A stretch of 63,702 bases of DNA, the filler included, from Octopus bimaculoides (Eukaryota), in NCBI RefSeq assembly GCF_001194135.2. It is 4 parts of 4 records of this genome, joined end to end, with 100 filler letters (N's around TTAATTAATTAA, not from the genome) between each part and the next. Parts side by side here need not be neighbours in the genome. Positions count along the whole stretch, not along the records: positions 1 to 29,749 come from NC_068985.1; 3 more parts are not named here. One strand, given 5' to 3'. Position numbers and translations under genes: made by a program. Below the pieces are notes generated by a model. That model had not been told where the DNA came from. It did not search any database and worked only from the letters and a program-made list of their open reading frames with translations. Below, piece by piece: positions 1 through 9,800 of the stretch; position 1 is the first letter of the stretch; every line of letters begins with the position of its first letter.

Positions 1-100
1 CCCGTGATCCCTTTTGATCCAAATTATCCCCCCCCCCAAAAGCTCTACTTTGTAATTTGTCCATTTTCTGTATTTAGCCCTGTGTGGCTATAATAAAAAG

Positions 101-172
101 ATATCTATCTCTCTATGTTTGTCTGTCTTTCAATTTACCTATCAATCTATCAGTTTACCTATCAATCGATCA

Positions 173-250
<78 letters not shown>

Positions 251-252
251 AC
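101..252. repeat. (TATC)n microsatellite
   Basis: Direct tandem TATC/ATCT array, purest at about 166-250. Confidence 0.95.
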
Positions 253-275
253 ATTCATGTGTGCGTGTGTATCTT

Positions 276-494
276 TGTGTCTGTGTTTGTCTCTCCACCC
301 CACCGTCGTTTGACAACCGATGTTAGTGTGTTTACGTCCCAGTAACATAGCGGTTCGGCACAAGAGACCGATAGAATGAATACTAGGCTTACAAAATATA
401 AGTCCTGGAGGTGGGGGGTCGATTTCTTCGATTAAAACCCTTTAAGGCGGTACTCCAGCATGGCCGCAGTCAAATTACTGAATCAAGTAAAAGA
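276..494 (+). mobile_element. SINE family A, 3' half only
   Basis: Matches the copies at 47080-47250 and 60597-60801 (gtgtttacgtccc...cggttcggca...gaccgatag...ccagcatggccgcagtcaaa...aagtaaaaga). Confidence 0.85.
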
Positions 495-1519
495 CTATCT
501 ATATGTCTATACATATGTACACATACATATATTATCATCATCATCGTTTAACGTCCGTTTTGCATGCTGGCATGGTTTAGACACACACACACAAACACAC
601 TCATGCATATATATATATATATATATGGAGCATGTAGCAAAGTAAGGCGTTGGAAAAGCATTCTTTTATGGTATTTTTGAGTTTCAATCTCATTCGATAG
701 AACTGATTGTGCTTTGACATTTAAAAAAAAAATCTTTCTATTTGCTTTTTGCTTTTCTCTCTTCTATAGGTTTCTCTTTCTCTCCATTTCTCTACCTCAC
801 ACTCTCTCGGCAATGATAAAAATACTAAATGAATAGATAAAATAAAATAAACAGAAATTTTTCTTTCTTTTCCCCCATTTGATAAGATTTTGTTTTCCGT
901 TGCTGAACAAAAGTAAAATATTAAATGTAAGTCTTTCTTGTCATATTCGACATATGAATTTTTTTTTTACTTTGGTTTTCATCATATTTTTTTGTATGTG
1001 TCTCTCTTTCTCTCTCTCTTGGCTTTTTTTCTTTCATTTATTTTTTCCTTTCCTTCTTTTAGTCCTTTTTTCTTTTCTTCTCTCCGCACACTTGCATAAA
1101 TAAACACACACACACACACACACATTCATGCATACGTACTTACATGCAAATAAACATTCACACACGTATACATACACATATAAACATTTTTCTTCCAAAT
1201 CATTTTTGTTTCTTTGCTTCACTGTCTTTTCTTCCCAAATGTCTTTCCCTCTTTCCCCGTTTTATTATTTGTTTTCGTTTTATTATATTTATTTTCCTCT
1301 TTTTTTTTTGCTACCGAGAGCTTAGAACTGGAACTAAGCTGTTTGCATGTTCGTTAATGCTTAGCTGAACGACTGTGAAGAACTTGACTTCTGCCACGTT
1401 TGTATTTGAGAAGACGCCATCTTGTATTTGTCTTGCATTCGTTGTCACTTCCTATATCTAGTGAGGAGGGATTGTCCACAAAGCAAACAAAATTAAGCAG
1501 AGAAAACAAAACAAAGCAA

Positions 1520-1843
1520 ATACGGAAGGAGATGGAGAGGGAAAGGGAAAAAGAAGACGGAGACGAAGAAGATGATGATGAAGAGGAAGACGAAAACGAA
1601 GATGAATGATAACAACAACGACAATAATAAAACAAAGAAGAAACAGAAGAAAAAGAAATGGAAGCAGAAGCAGCAGTAGCACAGCAGCAGCAGCAGCAGC
1701 AGCAGCGGAAGAAGAAGATACAAGAGCGAAAACAAGGATAAAAAGGGAAAAGGAAAATAAGAAAAAGAAGAAATATGGACGAGAAGAGGAAGAAGACAAA
1801 AGAGAAGAAGAAGAAGAAGAAGAAGAAGAAGAAGAAGAAGAAG

Positions 1844-1874
<31 letters not shown>

Positions 1875-1875
1875 T
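1520..1875. repeat. Compound trinucleotide tract (GAA/GAT, GCA, long GAA run at about 1803-1873)
   Basis: Direct inspection; source of the poly-E, poly-F and poly-A pseudo-ORFs. Confidence 0.9.
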
Positions 1876-2277
1876 CATGTTGTTATTGTTAGTGTTAATA
1901 CAGTTATTTTGATAACTACAATAACAAGTAGAAATCAGCAATGTTTCGTTATTCGATTCGCTTTCCAAATAAAGCAGAAATCACATTCAGCTGCTATCGG
2001 ATTGCCAAGGGAAATGTTGGGAATTAACTGTTCAAAGTTAGCTATAGATTCTAGACATGGATATATATATCAGTCAACCAATGAGACTGTATGCTTGTTT
2101 AGGCTGGTATCGATGAAATGGATGGTTTATATAGATATAAACCACGCAGAACTATATCCGTTGTTGTTATTTCATTTCTAGATGCATTTCATATCGTATA
2201 CTTATTCAAGTTATATTGAATACAGTATAAACGTAATAGTCACAAATATTGGTTTTTAAAGGCCAACAGTTTCGCTG

Positions 2278-2357
2278 GAGAGATTAAGTCGATTACATCG
2301 ACCCAGGGTTCAACTGGTACTTATTTTATTGACTCCGAAAGGATGAAAGACAAACTT
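2278..2357 (-). mobile_element. SINE family B central fragment
   Basis: ttaagtcgattacatcgaccc...actggtactta...gaaaggatgaaag matches the B copies at 7797-8019 and 50268-50483. Confidence 0.75.
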
Positions 2358-2533
2358 TTTTGTGAAAATCTATGATCATCTATGGCCAACTCTGTTGTTT
2401 CTCTCTCTTTATGTGCTATGCCTATACACATTAACAATCATGGATCTGCATGCCAAAATCAAAAGATTTATGATTTTTTCTTGGAAACGGTCCAACAGTG
2501 ATTTCCCGTTGCCTTCAACTGGTTTATTTTGAA

Positions 2534-2921
2534 CATTGATACTCAACTGGGGTCAATATGGCTCCTGAGCGCCTATATCAGTTTCTTGGGATCCACGCAA
2601 AAAATTGTAAATTGGGGAGTCTACAATAGTATTTTGAGCTAACTTAGTATTTTGAGGGCCCCTGAAAAATTTTTGCTTTAGGTGTATGTATTGGTATGTA
2701 TTGCAAAAAATAAAAATAAAAAAGGAAAGAAAAAAAAGGTAATTTTTTCTCTAACATTTTATATAGTTCAACCTACACAAGTTAATGTTTGAAAAACAAA
2801 ATAAGAATTTTGAAAGAAGTTTCTGTAAAACTAATTTTTAAACACTGAATGGTTATGGATGCCCACCAGAATAAAATAGTAACCAAAGGGATCCACAGAT
2901 AAAAATGGTTGAGAACCCCTG
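2534..2921. mobile_element. Non-autonomous hAT element (Charlie-like ends)
   Basis: Degenerate TIRs cattgatactcaac / ggttgagaacccctg; flanking 8-mers ATTTTGAA (2526-2533) and ATTTAGAA (2922-2929) match at 7/8, consistent with an 8-bp hAT TSD. Confidence 0.75.
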
Positions 2922-3506
2922 ATTTAGAACCTACTCTGCTTGTCTCCTGCGCTGTTGAGCTTACTCTCGAAGGCCAGGTTATATTTAAGACTTAGGCTGG
3001 CGGACTGGTTCGTGTGACATCAAGACACACAATGGCTCGTCGGTGTAATACGTGTGTAAGAGCCAGTGCTTCTCCAAAATCTTGTAAGCTTTAGCCACTA
3101 GACTATTTTTAACTATCTCACCCAGGGCCAGGGCAGAAATGAAAATAGTAGTGACTGATGGATAACGCCATACTCATAAAAACTCCTGAGCTCCCAAGCT
3201 GGAGCCTTACCATCAGATGCAGTTTAATGTCTTGTCCAGGACAACTAGCTCTATCACACAGATCAGTATTACACGGGCAATAACATATACGACAATGTAG
3301 AGACTTTCTCATTGGTTCAGTGTAGACATAACTGGTTTCGACGACAATCAAATTCAAAGACAAAAGGTCACCTTAAATGTCAAAACGTCAGATTTTAACA
3401 GATTACAACCACTCCATCTTTGGTCAATACTGAATTTTCAAAGTCGTTTTGTGTGACGCTGCGATAGGGAAAACATATAACTTTACAGAAAAATACACAC
3501 ATGCAA

Positions 3507-3545
<39 letters not shown>

Positions 3546-4225
3546 NNNNNNNNNNNNNNNNNNNNNNNNNNNNNNNNNNNNNNNNNNNNNNNNNNNNNNN
3601 NNNNNNNNNNNNNNNNNNNNNNNNNNNNNNNNNNNNNNNNNNNNNNNNNNNNNNNNNNNNNNNNNNNNNNNNNNNNNNNNNNNNNNNNNNNNNNNNNNNN
3701 NNNNNNNNNNNNNNNNNNNNNNNNNNNNNNNNNNNNNNNNNNNNNNNNNNNNNNNNNNNNNNNNNNNNNNNNNNNNNNNNNNNNNNNNNNNNNNNNNNNN
3801 NNNNNNNNNNNNNNNNNNNNNNNNNNNNNNNNNNNNNNNNNNNNNNNNNNNNNNNNNNNNNNNNNNNNNNNNNNNNNNNNNNNNNNNNNNNNNNNNNNNN
3901 NNNNNNNNNNNNNNNATATATATATATATACACACAAAAGTTCACAAGGTACTTACTTATAATAGGTCAATTGCAAAGCTAGCTGGATGAAGGAGTCTGG
4001 ACTCATATTCTGTGACTTTGGAAATTCTTTGCCAAAATTTGTAAAGCGGAGCACATAGAGATCAAGATCGCTAATAAGTCTGTAAATATAAAAATAAGAA
4101 ATGCCATATGAGATTTGTTGCACTACAAAGATACAACACACACATACACACGCATGCACACACACACATACATACATACATACATACACACATACATACA
4201 TACATACATACATACATACATACAT

Positions 4226-4790
4226 AATCACACTAAAGATTAGAGAAAAAGAGAACAACTACGCCGAGCTTCTGAGAAATTTGCAGATACTCCACCCAGA
4301 CTACAAGTTCAAATTCATACCCGTGATTGTTGGGGCATTGGGATATGTAACGAACTGCCTCAACAAAAACCTGGAAAAATTAGGATTCTCAAAAGCTGAA
4401 AGAAAAAGGCTGATTAGAAGACTACAGATTCAAGCCATCAATGGAACTGTAAAGGTATGTAAAACTTTCCAAAAATTTAGCACATAAATAAATATACATA
4501 CGCCTAGACATGAAAATCTATACATAAAAACGCATCCACAAAACAAACATATAAATCTGCGCATAAATACATATGCATACGCCTAGACATGAAAATATAT
4601 ACATAAAAACGCATCCATAAAACAAACATACAAATCTGCGCATACACTAACACCAAATACTGCACACACACACATATGCACAAATACCTAGATGATGTTG
4701 ATAAAAGTTCCGATGAAGGAGCCTTGAATCTATGTTAGAGTCCGGCTCTTTCTCTATGGACAAGAAATACAGAAATGAAACTGACTTATA
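4226..4790 (+). mobile_element. 5'-truncated R4/Dong-like (RLE) non-LTR retrotransposon: C-terminal restriction-like endonuclease coding end plus 3' UTR
   Basis: Peptide KIREKENNYAELLRNLQILHPDYKFKFIPVIVGALGYV...LQIQAINGTVKVCKTF fits the RLE tail pattern (EK..Y..L...IPVxVGALG...LQ..A..GT); (CATA)n arrays on both sides. Confidence 0.8.
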
Positions 4791-4848
4791 ACATACGTAC
4801 ATACATACATACATACATACATGCATACATAGATACATACATACATAC

Positions 4849-4905
<57 letters not shown>

Positions 4906-5554
4906 NNNNNNNNNNNNNNNNNNNNNNNNNNNNNNNNNNNNNNNNNNNNNNNNNNNNNNNNNNNNNNNNNNNNNNNNNNNNNNNNNNNNNNNNNNNNNNN
5001 NNNNNNNNNNNCCCAGTACGCAGCTGGTACTTAATTTGTTGAGCCCGACACAAACTCGTATGTCAACACATTGCAGTGTGCTGTGTATGCATTACGAAAA
5101 GCATTTACATTAAGGTTTAACATAATGTTGTATACTCTGAGTTTACATCTGTGAATTCAGAGTAAATGAGCTGTTGTATTAGTTGTAGTATAAGCTATAG
5201 CATATAGACATTGCAAAAAATATATAAGAAAAACTACCAGGAAAAAAACAAGCAAAAACAAACACCCACACACACACACACAAATATGTGTGTGTGGGTG
5301 TTTATCTGAAGTAAAATTGATTTTGTAGTGGAAAACTTTGAATAAAGATGGACGGAAGCAATCTAAATGACAGCAGATTTTAGAGAGAAATAATTGTTTT
5401 CTGTAAGACTTAAGAAAGTATTTGAAATTATATTTTTTATATATCGGTTGCTCTTTATCAAATTCTGAATTGTAAAACGCAATTTCATTGTGGCCGCCCC
5501 GAAAGCAAGAGAGCAAAAGAAGAAAAGACAAAAACAAAAACAAAACAAAAACAA

Positions 5555-5920
5555 AACAAGAGCACCCGAGGAGCGCAAACCTCCGCCAAAGCAAAACCAA
5601 CGTCCTCTCGACGATTAACCAGAGATGATTTTTAAAATGAGAATATCTGAAATAAACTTGACTGTTCTCACAAACGAGAATGCTAAAAATAAAACCGAGC
5701 TCTCTTAAAATTTAAGTAAAAAAAAAAAAAGGAAAAATAATCCAGAATCGTTGTCCGGTACCAGATCGATCCCAAAAACTAATCAGTTCCTACTCGTCAC
5801 GAGACCAAACTTCCCTGAAAGTTTCATCCGAATCCATCCAGCGATTCTTGAGGTATCCTGTCCACGGACAAACAAACACGACTGAAAACAATACTACCGC
5901 ATTCGCTAAGGCGGAAATAA
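5555..5920. mobile_element. Non-autonomous Helentron-like (HINE-type) element
   Basis: Begins aacaagag; subterminal inverted motifs cctccgccaaagc (5580-5592) and gctaaggcggaaa (5905-5917); internal aagtttcatccgaatccatccagc...acaaacaaac block resembling molluscan and fish HINE-like repeats. Confidence 0.5.
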
Positions 5921-5989
5921 TAATGCAACTTTGAACATGCCTTGAGTTCTCGACTCATAGGGCCACTTACTCGGTTTCCAAGGCGTATG

Positions 5990-6185
5990 AGTGACCGAGA
6001 TCACAACTTGTCCTTAAACAGGACGTCAGTCCGTCGCAAGGTTACACGTTTGCAACAGATTGGACAGAAACAACGTGAAATGTGGCGTTTTGTTCAAGAA
6101 CACAATGCACAGTCTGGTCTGGAAATCGAAACCACGGCCTTGCGATCGTGTGCGCAACACTTTAACAACTCGGCCACGTGCACCT
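5990..6185 (-). mobile_element. tRNA-derived SINE family D, diverged
   Basis: Reverse strand ggtgcacgtggccgagttgttaaagtg...ggtttcgattt gives A/B boxes followed by ttgtgttcttgaacaaaac; related to 20245-20520 and 35975-36057. Confidence 0.6.
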
Positions 6186-6599
6186 TCTCAGTGTTGTTAA
6201 GGCAACTAAGAAATGAATGAGTGGTAGACAAAGCACGACGAAATTTAGTAACATGGAACTCAAAAGTCAAACTGTCAAAGATTTGTACAGATCGTTGAAT
6301 ATAGTCACTGCCTGGCATTTATCTGTTTGGAAATGGTCTGGAAACTATTTATACAACTTGTTCACAGATGGATCGATAAGGTTGGTTGATAGACTAACTG
6401 ATGGGAAGATAAAAAGAGAGGAATATAATATAATATATATATATATATATANNNNNNNNNNATATATATATGTGAATAAAACGTAGGGTAAATTGGTTAA
6501 CAGAAAGAAGAGAGAGAGAGAAAGGGAAGGAGAGATTGTTAGGAAGGGCGATAGATAAATAGATTGGGAGATAAGCAATGCATGACATAGAAAGATGGA

Positions 6600-6636
6600 T
6601 AAGATTGGTAGATAGATAGATAGATAGATAGATGGC

Positions 6637-6676
<40 letters not shown>

Positions 6677-6707
6677 GATAAATAGATAGATAGATAGAGA
6701 GATAGAG

Positions 6708-6782
<75 letters not shown>
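6600..6782. repeat. (GATA)n followed by (GA)n microsatellites
   Basis: Direct inspection. Confidence 0.95.
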
Positions 6783-6784
<2 letters not shown>

Positions 6785-7285
6785 AGCGGTTCTCTCAGAA
6801 GCAGTTGAAGGAGTACCAAACAGCACTACAGAAGAAGAAGAAGAGGAAGAAGAAGAAAAAGAAGAAGAAGAAAGCATATTAATCGTGAGTGGAAGGGAAA
6901 GATTAGAAAGAAGACAAAGAAGAGAAAAGAAAAGAAGAGAAAAGAAAAGAAGAAAATCCTAAATGATCTTTACGGAACATTAACGAAGTCTAAGAGATTG
7001 AAACGGAATGGAAAATTTGTCAACGGAAAGCCATTTCTCAACTCATTAGAAAAGGCAATAAAAGTTAAGACTTAATATATGAGCCGCAGTAGTTTTTCGC
7101 CAACTATATAGCCACAGGCTGAATATATCTTAAGACTGCAATACTGATTTCTTTTTGACTAAACACAAGGTCAATTAAACGGAGAGTGTAAACTATAGAG
7201 ACGAGATTTGCAGTTGGGGATGTTTCATGAATGTAGTAGTATATCCACATCTTTGTCCTCTGTCTATTCGATGGATATACTAGTT

Positions 7286-7326
7286 CAGCGGTTCTCAGCC
7301 GTTCTTTTTTTGTCCATGGATCCACT
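7286..7326. mobile_element. hAT MITE terminus, related to the end of 2534-2921
   Basis: cagcggttctcagcc...ccatggatcc resembles the reverse complement of gggatccacagataaaaatggttgagaacccctg. Confidence 0.5.
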
Positions 7327-7327
7327 T

Positions 7328-7465
7328 GCGTAGCTAGGCGTGGGGTACTTTTAAAGGAGCGGCACTTTTAAAGGGGGGAGCACTTTTGGGCAAAGTGCAA
7401 AATGTGTTCTTTTGTGGGGTCAGGGGGCGGCAAACGGAAGGGCCACCCCGGGCGGTACACACTCT
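7328..7465. mobile_element. GC-rich MITE-like fragment interrupted by a SINE B
   Basis: gcgtagctagg start and gccaccccgggcggtacacactct end resemble common GC-rich DNA-transposon termini; the sequence switches abruptly to a SINE B tail. Confidence 0.4.
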
Positions 7466-7658
7466 TTTCTACTCTAGGCACAAGGCCCGAAGTTTCTGGG
7501 GAGGGGGCCAGTCGATTAGATCGACCCTAGTACGCAACTGGTACTTAATTTATCGACTCCGAAAAGATGAAAGGCAAAGTCGACCTCGGCGGAATTTGAA
7601 CTCAGAACGTAGACAGACGAAATACTACTAAGCATTTTGCCTGGCGTGCTAACGTTTC
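7464..7658 (-). mobile_element. SINE family B (tRNA head plus Meta-like central domain)
   Basis: Reverse strand has B box gagttcaaattcc and the central gcctttcatcttttcggagtcgataaattaagtaccag block. Confidence 0.85.
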
Positions 7659-7678
7659 NNNNNNNNNNNNNNNNNNNN

Positions 7679-7796
7679 TATCGACCTCGAAAGGATGAAA
7701 GGCAAAGTTGACCTCGGATTTCGGCAGAATTTGAACTCAGAACATAAAGATAGACGAAATACCGCTAAGCATTTCGTCCGGTGTGCTAACGTTTCT
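7679..7796 (-). mobile_element. SINE family B partial copy
   Basis: Same head and central sequence as the neighbouring copy, with a small insertion (ggatttc). Confidence 0.75.
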
Positions 7797-8019
7797 TATT
7801 TCTTTATTGCCCACAAGGGGCTAAACATAGAGGGGCAAACAAGGACAGACAAAGGTATTAAGTCGATTACATCGACCCCAGTGCGTAACTGGTACTTATT
7901 TAATCGACCCCGAAAGGATGAAAGGTAAAGTCGACCTCAGCGGAATTTGAACTGAGAACGTAACGGCAGACGAAATACCGCTAATCATTTCGCCCGGCGT
8001 GCTAACGATTCTGCCAGCT
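7797..8019 (-). mobile_element. SINE family B, alternative-tail subfamily
   Basis: B head and centre joined to a different tail (tttagccccttgtgggcaataaagaaataaga on the minus strand); a similar tail occurs at about 55-100. Confidence 0.85.
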
Positions 8020-8059
8020 ATATATATATATATGCGCATATCTGTACACACACACACAC

Positions 8060-8522
8060 ATATAAAGAATAATAATAAATGAAGCAAAACACGCATATAA
8101 TCAATAAGTTCCTTTAATTACTACACATGTTTCAAAATTTAGATGCACTCTACTCCAAAGAAGTAAGAGATGCTGGAATATACATATAATTTTATCATCA
8201 GGAAACCATATTACACATGCAAGACTTGTGCTGAATGCTAAGGTTACGTACGAGGAATAACACTATATAGCTATATAGTGTTATTCCTCGTACGTAACCT
8301 TAGCATTATATAGCTATATAGTGTTATTCCTCGTACGTAACCTTAGCATTCAGCACAAGTCTTGCATGTGTAATATGGTTCCCTGATGATAAAATTATAT
8401 GTATATTCCAGCATCTCTTACTTCTTTGGAGTAGAGTGCATATAATTTTTGAAACATGTGTAGTAATTAAAGGAACTTATTGATTATATGCGTTTTGCTT
8501 CATTTATTATTATTCTTTATAT
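8060..8522. repeat. Long spacerless inverted repeat (arms ~210 bp), probably inverted Penelope pseudo-LTRs, with a 43-bp tandem duplication at the centre
   Basis: 8060-8270 is the reverse complement of the right arm; centre cactatatag|ctatatagtg; about 4 arm differences; 8265-8307 is repeated as 8308-8350. Confidence 0.9.
8377..8470 (+). ncRNA. Type I hammerhead-like motif with long stem II (a mirror copy lies on the minus strand at about 8115-8208)
   Basis: CTGATGA (8383-8389), T, stem II aaaattatatg/catataatttt (8391-8401/8439-8449), T, GAAA (8451-8454), C-ATGT-GTA; stem I is weak. Confidence 0.55.
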
Positions 8523-8744
8523 CAACTCAAAATACATCATTTTAACATGGAATATCTACTCCTTAACCGGGTATAATATCCCAGTTTTTGCATTATCGAA
8601 GTTTTTCCACCAAGATAATATTGATATATACATGAATAAATAAATAAATATATATATATACATAAATAAATAAATAAATATATACATAAATAAATAAATA
8701 AATATATATATATGTGTATACACGCGTGCGCGCACATACACTCA

Positions 8745-8908
8745 CATACGACGAGTTTCTTTCATTTTGAGCCTTTCGAATTCACTCAGAAGGCTTAGGT
8801 CAGACCGGGGCTTACAGCAAAAGACACTTGCACAAAATGTCACCTAGTAGTACTGCATGTGGAACCATGAGATTGTGAGGCAAACTATTAACCACACGGC
8901 CACGCCTA
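8745..8908 (-). mobile_element. Old diverged SINE family A 5' half
   Basis: gagtttctttca...aagacacttgcacaa...ggaaccatg...accacacggccacgcct aligns to the A head. Confidence 0.6.
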
Positions 8909-9649
8909 AATCAAAAGAAATGGTTAAAATAGCCTGCATGTTTGAGTGTATGTCATATGACAAGATCAATCATATTCTATATTGATCCTTTTTCTTTTTT
9001 TCTCTTCACGCCTTTAAGATATATTCTTAAAGCAGTTTCTTTTCTTGCACTTTGCTCTCTACTAAGTATTTACATCAATCTCATCATGACTTACTAATGG
9101 AAAGGTTGATCTCCTGCTTGACTTACAATTGGATTAACAAGGAACTTGTTGAATATACGATGAAATAATCTCTAGCTTAGTGATGTCATAGATATCATGT
9201 ATTCTGTACGAAGTGGAAAGAAAAGTCGATTGCATTTTTTTTCCCATATTTGTGTATTATACTTACTACTTTGAAAACTATTTATAATTTTGACTAATGA
9301 CGCAGTTTGGCATAGGATGATTTACAAAAGCTTATGTCGAACATACGAGAAGCGGTAAGAATGAATCTTTAAGGAAAATTTTTGGCCTTATAATGGACAT
9401 ATCGTTTTGATGTTTTTTACTTATGTCTTTTCAATTATGTCAAATAACAAAATTTGTTGATGGACTCGTCTAAAAAATTTGGAGATGAATCCAGCACTGC
9501 CCTAAGTGGCCAAGCTCTCATCAATTTCTTCAAGTATCATTTGGATAAGATAGAAGGGGAGGTGCTGCTTTATGGTGTGCTTATCGAAAGTTGGACGAGA
9601 GTGGCAAAACCAATGAGGTTGATTGGGTCTACACTGAGTTCGCATATCC

Positions 9650-9800
9650 CTCAGGTATCCAACAATAATTCGCACTATCTTCACCTTCTTCCTTTTCCAC
9701 AGTCGAGCTATCTCGTATTTAAGGGGGTTGTATGTGTCTATTTTTTCACTTTCCTTCTTGACTACTCGTGGGTCAAAGAGGCACGCAGCATCAACATAAA
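9650..9800 (-). mobile_element. R4/Dong-like RLE domain fragment (different family from 4226)
   Basis: YVDAACLFDPRVVKKESEKIDTYNPLKYEIARLWKRKKVKIVRIIVGYL matches the RLE motif (D...P.D......EK..KY..L..EI..LW....V.I..IVG); its 5' junction abuts an ATT/ATC tract at about 9797-9822. Confidence 0.75.

Noticed and set aside
1354-2181. 204-aa and 191-aa overlapping ORFs
   Set aside because: Built on GAA and GCA repeats; open on both strands for compositional reasons
4700-4760. ccgatgaaggagcc...ggctct hairpin in the RLE 3' UTR as a hammerhead
   Set aside because: The core is CCGAUGA and no GAAA follows the stem
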